From Longimicrobiales bacterium (GTDB taxonomy: Bacteria > Gemmatimonadota > Gemmatimonadetes > Longimicrobiales > Gaopeijiaceae), in assembly GCA_965238005.1 (NCBI GenBank), contig OZ250165.1, positions 1,152,001 through 1,216,000 of the forward strand: a DNA stretch of 64,000 nt, read 5' to 3'. Position 1 is the stretch's first letter; every line of letters begins with the position of its first letter. Below are positions 58,164 through 64,000 of the stretch, piece by piece. A program made the position numbers and the translations under genes. The notes beneath the pieces are model-generated. The model worked only from the letters and a program-made list of their open reading frames with translations. It had not been told where the DNA came from and did not search any database.

Positions 58164-59971
58164 GCGATCCGGCGGTCACCACCGCCTGGGCAAGAGCTTT
58201 CATGGATGAACTGGCTCGGGTCGGCCTCGAGCACGTGTGCGTGGCTCCTGGCTCCCGCTCCACGCCACTGGTGATGGCGTGCGCCATGGACGCCCGCTTC
58301 ACCACCTGGGTCCACCTGGACGAGCGATCGGCCGGCTTCTTCGCGCTCGGTATCGGGAAGGCCACGCGCAACCCCGCAGCCGTGATCACCACGTCGGGTA
58401 CCGCCACGGCCAACCTCTTTCCCGCCGTCATCGAGGCGTCCCGGAGTGGCGTGCCTCTGTTGGTCCTTACAGCGGATCGACCCCTCCGCCTTCGTGGCTC
58501 CGACGCCAACCAGACCATCGATCAGGAGGGCATCTACGGGTCGTATCCCAGGGAGAGCCTCGACGCCGGTGACCCGGCCCTCGAGAAGCTACGGGAAACG
58601 AGGGCTCTGGCCTGCAAGGCCGTGGCCCGGACCCTGGGGCCCGATCCTGGGCCGGTCCACGTGAACCTCCCGTTCGACAAGCCGTTGGAGCCCGTCGAGA
58701 TGGATCCGGCGAGAGTGGGAAGCCTACGGGAGGCGGATCCATGGGGCTTGGATGGCCGACCCGACGGGGCTCCCATGGAGGCCCTTCCGAGCTCCGGCGG
58801 CGCTCTCCGGGCCGGGGAGGTGGAGGCGCTCGTCAGCTTTCTTCGAGCCGGCGAGAGAGGGCTCATCGTGGCCGGCCCCGTTGCCGATCCCGACCGCGCC
58901 GGGCCTGCCCTGATCCGTCTTGCCGCAGCCACCGGCCTCCCTCTTCTCGCGGACCCTCTCTCCGGGGCACGCTTCGGACACGACTGTGGGTCACCTCCGA
59001 TCGCGACATCGGACCTCTTCCTCCGGGACCCCGCGGCTCGGGGCCGGCTTCGGCCCGACCTCATCCTCCGAGTCGGGCGGCCTCCCACGTCGGCCGGGGT
59101 CCTGACCTTCCTGGAGGAGTGTGGAAGTGTGCCCCAGATCGTGATCGGGGCAGGACACCCGCAAAAGGACTCATTGTCTACCGGATCCCGCTACGTACAG
59201 GCCGACGTGGCGGCGCTACTCGCCGAGGTGGCGACCGGCGTGTCCCGAACTGTCGCGCCGGCCGGATGGAGCGGGGTATGGGAGCGCCTCGACCGAGTCG
59301 CTCGGGAGGCGGTGCAGAGGGTTGGTGGCGACTTCTTCGAGGGAGACGTCCTCTCGGCCGTGGTGGAGACCCTCCCGGAGGGGGGTACCCTCTTCGTCTC
59401 CAACTCCATGCCGGTGAGGGATTTGGACGCGTTCGGAGGGGCAGGGCCGAAGCGTCTTCGCATTTTCGGGAATCGAGGTGCCAGCGGGATCGACGGAATC
59501 GTCTCCACGGTGGCGGGAGTCGCGGCGGCGACTTCTTCACGAGCCGGCGATTCGTCAGACCGAAATGAGCCGCCCATGGTGGCTGTGCTCGGAGATCTGG
59601 CCTTCTACCACGACATGAATGGACTGTTCGCGGTGAGAGAGAATCGGCTGAACGTGCTCTTCGTGGTGATCAACAACGACGGGGGTGGCATCTTCCACAT
59701 GCTCCCCATCCAGGAGTACGAGCCCGAGTTCACTCGCTATTTTGCAACGCCGCATGGGCTCGACTTTCGCCACGCCGCGGATCTGTACGGGATTCCGTAC
59801 CGTCGCCTGGACGACCCGACCCGCACCTCGGAGTCTCTTCGTGAGGCCTTGCTTGAGCCGGGACTCCGGATTCTGGAGATTCGAACGGACCGCGACGAGA
59901 ATCAGCGTCGGCACCGGGAGGTGATCGAGGCGGTGGTCGAGGCGGTCCGACGCGAGATCGAGGTGGCGTGA
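58160..59971 (+). CDS. menD: SEPHCHC synthase
   Basis: PGSRSTPL, DERSAGFFALG, TSGTA, NSMPVRD, NRGASGIDG, GDLAF and NNDGGGIF. Confidence 0.95.
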   Translation: MSDPAVTTAWARAFMDELARVGLEHVCVAPGSRSTPLVMACAMDARFTTWVHLDERSAGFFALGIGKATRNPAAVITTSGTATANLFPAVIEASRSGVPLLVLTADRPLRLRGSDANQTIDQEGIYGSYPRESLDAGDPALEKLRETRALACKAVARTLGPDPGPVHVNLPFDKPLEPVEMDPARVGSLREADPWGLDGRPDGAPMEALPSSGGALRAGEVEALVSFLRAGERGLIVAGPVADPDRAGPALIRLAAATGLPLLADPLSGARFGHDCGSPPIATSDLFLRDPAARGRLRPDLILRVGRPPTSAGVLTFLEECGSVPQIVIGAGHPQKDSLSTGSRYVQADVAALLAEVATGVSRTVAPAGWSGVWERLDRVAREAVQRVGGDFFEGDVLSAVVETLPEGGTLFVSNSMPVRDLDAFGGAGPKRLRIFGNRGASGIDGIVSTVAGVAAATSSRAGDSSDRNEPPMVAVLGDLAFYHDMNGLFAVRENRLNVLFVVINNDGGGIFHMLPIQEYEPEFTRYFATPHGLDFRHAADLYGIPYRRLDDPTRTSESLREALLEPGLRILEIRTDRDENQRRHREVIEAVVEAVRREIEVA

Positions 59972-60028
59972 CCTGCGCTCGATCGACACATGACGACGGC
60001 AATGACTCGAGACCTAGGATGCCCGTAG

Positions 60029-60868
60029 ATGAGTGAGCCGCAGTGGGAGGTGGTCAAGGAGTACGAAGACATCACCTACAAGAAGGCCGACGGGGTGGCC
60101 CGCATCGCCATCAACCGGCCCCACATCCGTAACGCCTTCCGGCCCGGGACAATTTTGGAGCTGCAGGAAGCCTTCAAGAACGCGGGCGAAGACACTCGCA
60201 TCGGTGTGGTGCTCTTCACCGGAGAAGGCCCGGCGGAGGACGGGGTCTACGCCTTCTGCTCAGGGGGAGATCAGAAGGTCCGAGGGGACGCGGGCTACGT
60301 GGGAGAAGACGGGGTGCCCCGGCTCAACGTTCTCGAGCTGCAGCGCTATATCCGCAGCATGCCGAAGCCTGTGATCTGCCTCGTGGCAGGATACGCCCTC
60401 GGCGGCGGCCACGTGCTCCACATCGTATGTGATCTCACGCTGGCGGCCGACAACGCCGTATTCGGTCAGACCGGCCCCAGGGTCGGAAGCTTCGACGGCG
60501 GCTTCGGGGCGTCGTTTCTTTCCCGGATGGTGGGTCAGAAGAAGGCTCGGGAGATCTGGTATCTTTGCCGCCATTACAGCGCACAGGAGGCGCTCCAGAT
60601 GGGCATGGTGAACAAGGTCGTGCCCGCCGAGGAGCTGGAGATGGAGGGCTGGCGCTGGGCCCAGGAGATCCTCGACAAGAGCCCCCTGGCCATCAGGCTT
60701 CTCAAGTCCTCCTTCAACGCGGATGTCGATGGCCAGGCGGGAATCCAGGAGCTCGCCGGAAACGCCACGCTCCTCTACTACATGACGGAAGAGGCGAAGG
60801 AGGCGAAGAACGCGTTCCTCGAGAAGCGCAAAGCGAACTTCCGGCAGTTTCCGTGGCTGCCGTGGTAG
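60029..60868 (+). CDS. menB: 1,4-dihydroxy-2-naphthoyl-CoA synthase
   Basis: RNAFRP, FCSGGDQ, GGGHVLH, GSFDGG and QELAG. Confidence 0.95.
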   Translation: MSEPQWEVVKEYEDITYKKADGVARIAINRPHIRNAFRPGTILELQEAFKNAGEDTRIGVVLFTGEGPAEDGVYAFCSGGDQKVRGDAGYVGEDGVPRLNVLELQRYIRSMPKPVICLVAGYALGGGHVLHIVCDLTLAADNAVFGQTGPRVGSFDGGFGASFLSRMVGQKKAREIWYLCRHYSAQEALQMGMVNKVVPAEELEMEGWRWAQEILDKSPLAIRLLKSSFNADVDGQAGIQELAGNATLLYYMTEEAKEAKNAFLEKRKANFRQFPWLPW

Positions 60869-61755
60869 AACCCATCTCCCGCACCCGCGCCTGGATTCTG
60901 GCCGCACGTCCGAAGACGCTGTCGGCGGCGGCGGCTCCCGTGTTCGTGGGGACGGGCCTTGCTGGGGCCCACGGCACATACCGAGCTGCCCCGGCAGCGG
61001 CCGCCCTCCTGGGCGCGCTCCTCATCCAGATCGGGACGAATCTCGCCAATGACTACTACGACTTTCTTCGGGGGGGTGACACCGAGAATCGGGTGGGTCC
61101 CCTCAGGGTGACTCAGGCCGGCCTGATCCCGCCCAGGCAGGTGTGGTGGGGAATGGTCATCACGCTGTTCGTGGCGTTCCTCGTAGGAGTCTACCTCGTC
61201 TCGGTGGGCGGATGGCCCATCGTATGGATCGGGTTGGCTTCGCTTCTCTGCGCCGTGGCGTACACGGGAGGCCCTTACCCACTGGCCTACCATGGGCTCG
61301 GCGATCCCTTCGTGTTCGTCTTCTTCGGCCTGGTGGCGGTGGGTGGGACGTACTGGGTCCAGGCCCTGGCGCTTCCGGGAGACGCACTCGTGGCCGGCGT
61401 TGGAATCGGCGCCCTGAACACGACCATATTGGTGGCCAACAACGTGAGGGACCTCGACACCGACGCGGCGGCCGGGAAGCGCACCCTCGCGGTCCGCCTC
61501 GGCCGGCTCGGTAGCAGGATCGAATACGTGCTGCTGATGGGTGTGGGATTCGCGGTGCCGGTTCTGGGCGTGGCGCTTTACGGGTGGCCCGGGACTGCCC
61601 TCGTCGCCTTCGGCGCCGGCATCGCCTCGATCACTCCGGTGACCCTAATCATGACGAAGGACGACGCCCGGGAGTTGGTTCCTGCCTTACCGGGGACCGC
61701 GCGGGTGGTGGCGCTCTACGGCGTGCTGCTCAGCGTGGGCTTGGCCTTCGGATGA
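60862..61755 (+). CDS. menA: DHNA polyprenyltransferase
   Basis: [26 protein letters not shown] and [10 protein letters not shown]. Confidence 0.93.
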   Translation: MVEPISRTRAWILAARPKTLSAAAAPVFVGTGLAGAHGTYRAAPAAAALLGALLIQIGTNLANDYYDFLRGGDTENRVGPLRVTQAGLIPPRQVWWGMVITLFVAFLVGVYLVSVGGWPIVWIGLASLLCAVAYTGGPYPLAYHGLGDPFVFVFFGLVAVGGTYWVQALALPGDALVAGVGIGALNTTILVANNVRDLDTDAAAGKRTLAVRLGRLGSRIEYVLLMGVGFAVPVLGVALYGWPGTALVAFGAGIASITPVTLIMTKDDARELVPALPGTARVVALYGVLLSVGLAFG

Positions 61756-63158
61756 GCGATCCTCTCCACGCCGCCGCCGGGAGCCGGCCCGACGCTCTGG
61801 CCCTGGATGACGGGGCTCAGGTCTGGACCTATGCCCAGCTCGATGCCGCCGTGGCCCGGATGGCCCGCCGCCTGGCGCCCTTCGGCTCGGGCTCCGGAGC
61901 CACCGTGGCCCTGGTCTCTCACCAGAGCGCCCTCTCGGTCCAGGCCCTTTTCGCGGTTCCTCGCACCGGAGCCACCCTGGTCGTTCTGAACCCCCGACTG
62001 GGATCGGAAGCGATGGAGCGGGCCCTGGATGCGGTCGGGCCCGACCTCTTGTTGAGCACTGATGCTGACGTGCGCGGGCTGGGACTGGACCCGGACTGGT
62101 TCACGACCGTGGACGACCTGCCCAAGCCGCCCCCGGGCCACGGCGGCATGGGGGAAGAGGCGGGTGCACCCCGGCCCTTCGCCCTCCTCCGGACATCCGG
62201 CACGTCCGGCGAGCCCGGAGTCGTGCCGGTGACCATGGATGCTCTGAACGCCAGCGCGCGAGCAGTGTCGGCCCGTCTGGACCTGGGACCGGATGATCGC
62301 TGGTATGCATCGCTCTCTCTGGCCCATATCGGCGGGCTGGCCCTGGTCCACAGGGTGGTGCACTCGGGATCGTGCCTCCTCGTTCGGGGGCCGTACTCCC
62401 CGAGGACCCTGGCGGAGCTCATCGACCACGGAGAGGTCACGCACGCGTCACTCGTTCCGACCATGCTCCACCAGCTCCTCGATGCTCGTGGCGGCGCGCC
62501 CGTTCCATCCAGCCTTCGCTGCCTGGTCATCGGTGGGGCGGCAACCGGAGAGCGACTGGTGGAGGAGGCCCTCGACCGGGGATACCCCGTGGCCCTTTCA
62601 TACGGTTTGACCGAGGCCTGCTCGCAGGTCGCCACCGCGCCTCCCGAGCTCGTGGCGGAAAAGCCGGGCACGGTCGGCTCTCCCATCGACGGGGTTGAGC
62701 TCCGGTTGCTGGAGAGCGGAGAGATCTGGGTACGTGGGCCGACAGTGGCTCCGTCCCTCGTCGACGAAGACGGATGGCTGGCCAGCGGAGACTTCGGCAC
62801 CCTGGATGAGGAAGGACACCTGTGGATCACCGGACGCATGGACGAACGCATCATATCCGGCGGGGTCAACATCGATCCCAAGTCGGTCGAGGAGGTGATT
62901 CTGGACTTTCCGGGTGTAGCCGCCGTCGCCGTGGTCGGTATTTCCGACGACACCTGGGGTGAGGTGGTGGGGGCCCTGGTCGTCCCTGAATCCGGGGTGC
63001 TGGACATAGAAGCGCTGGAGTCCGCCGTGCGGGAGCGGGTCTCGGGTGCCGAGGTGCCCAGACGGCTCGCCGTCGCGGAAGAGCTTCCCAGGAACGCAAA
63101 CGGCAAGATTGACCGGGCGGAGGTACGGGCCCGTCTCGTCGGAATCGGCCCTTTTTAG
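61752..63158 (+). CDS. menE: o-succinylbenzoate-CoA ligase
   Basis: TSGTSG, HIGGL, SLVPTML, SYGLTE, IISGG and LPRNANGK; position in the men cluster. Confidence 0.85.
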   Translation: MSDPLHAAAGSRPDALALDDGAQVWTYAQLDAAVARMARRLAPFGSGSGATVALVSHQSALSVQALFAVPRTGATLVVLNPRLGSEAMERALDAVGPDLLLSTDADVRGLGLDPDWFTTVDDLPKPPPGHGGMGEEAGAPRPFALLRTSGTSGEPGVVPVTMDALNASARAVSARLDLGPDDRWYASLSLAHIGGLALVHRVVHSGSCLLVRGPYSPRTLAELIDHGEVTHASLVPTMLHQLLDARGGAPVPSSLRCLVIGGAATGERLVEEALDRGYPVALSYGLTEACSQVATAPPELVAEKPGTVGSPIDGVELRLLESGEIWVRGPTVAPSLVDEDGWLASGDFGTLDEEGHLWITGRMDERIISGGVNIDPKSVEEVILDFPGVAAVAVVGISDDTWGEVVGALVVPESGVLDIEALESAVRERVSGAEVPRRLAVAEELPRNANGKIDRAEVRARLVGIGPF

Positions 63159-63257
63159 TCGCCCGACTCACCGGTGGCTGAAATTTGCCTCGCGTCCGAT
63201 CGGACCGCGACTATCTTTCGGCTTCCGAATCCGGACGACGAAACTGAACCGAGCGAT

Positions 63258-64000
63258 ATGAACCTACTGGAAGAATACCGCTGGCGCGGGATGTTGCAGG
63301 ACGCCACCGAAGGGGCCGGCGCGGCCCTTCAAGAGGGGTCCGTGACGGGATACATCGGCTTCGATCCCACGGCGCCGAGTCTCCACGTGGGCTCCCTCAT
63401 GCCCATCATGGGTCTCGTACACCTCCAGCGTATGGGGCACCACCCCATCGTGCTCGTGGGCGGGGGCACCGGGCTCATCGGGGACCCGTCCGGGAAGATC
63501 GAAGAGCGGCAGCTCCTCACCAAGGAAAAGGCCGCCGAGAATCTGGCGTCCATGCAGGTTCAGCTCGAGCACTTTCTCGACTTCGAGTGTGCCGCCAACC
63601 CGGCCCGTACGGTGGACAACCTGGAGTGGCTCGGCGACATCGCAATGGTCGACTTCCTTCGGGACGTCGGAAAGCACTTCTCGGTGAACGCTCTCTTGAA
63701 GAAGGAGTCGGTACGGCGTCGGCTGGAGGACGAGGGCGTGGGGATCTCCTACACGGAGTTCAGCTACGCCCTCTTGCAAGCCTACGACTTCGTGGCCCTC
63801 AACGAGCACTACGGGTGCACGTTCCAGATGGGTGGCAGCGACCAGTGGGGGAACATCACGGCGGGAATCGACCTGGTGAGGAGGATGACGGGCGAGAAGG
63901 CCCACGGCCTCACCTACCCGCTGGTGACCGGGGCCGGAGGCCGCAAGTTCGGCAAGACCGAGGCGGGGTCCGTCTGGCTCGACCCCATGCTCACCTCTCC
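63258..64000 (+). CDS. tyrS: Tyrosine-tRNA ligase, 3'-partial
   Basis: GFDPTAPSLHVG, IGDPSG, SYTEFSY, QMGGSDQWGNI and KFGKT; runs off window end, so absent from the ORF track. Confidence 0.96.
   Translation, partial: MNLLEEYRWRGMLQDATEGAGAALQEGSVTGYIGFDPTAPSLHVGSLMPIMGLVHLQRMGHHPIVLVGGGTGLIGDPSGKIEERQLLTKEKAAENLASMQVQLEHFLDFECAANPARTVDNLEWLGDIAMVDFLRDVGKHFSVNALLKKESVRRRLEDEGVGISYTEFSYALLQAYDFVALNEHYGCTFQMGGSDQWGNITAGIDLVRRMTGEKAHGLTYPLVTGAGGRKFGKTEAGSVWLDPMLTS

Noticed and set aside
63159..63257. T-box upstream of tyrS
   Set aside because: Only about 100 bp, with no T-box motif or terminator

Overview
A GC-rich (roughly two-thirds by eye) bacterial chromosomal segment. Gene content (ADOP-type permease remnants, choice-of-anchor B, LVIVD and FG-GAP secreted proteins, S9/M28 peptidases, amidohydrolases) suggests Gemmatimonadota, but this is unverified inference. 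Recognisable genes are arcC (partial), a ROK kinase, a YfcC transporter, a BtuF-like/TauE/D-cysteine desulfhydrase-family operon, NhaC, mmuM, two cold-shock genes, an aeRF1-like protein, chorismate mutase plus pheA, tauD, lutABC, menFDBAE and tyrS (partial). About 17 loci are truncated, internally deleted or frameshifted. No rRNA, tRNA, CRISPR array, integrase or transposase was seen. The most interesting candidates: (1) a leader-peptide/antiterminator/terminator attenuator upstream of the phenylalanine genes; (2) a structured RNA leader shared by both csp genes, one of which follows a terminator-like hairpin and a Balon-like aeRF1 homologue; (3) a trypsin-like protease followed by a free-standing copy of its own N-terminal domain; (4) a MITE and a 37-bp relative, each with an end at a TAG stop codon. 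All calls come from reading the sequence by eye; no searches or folding programs were run.
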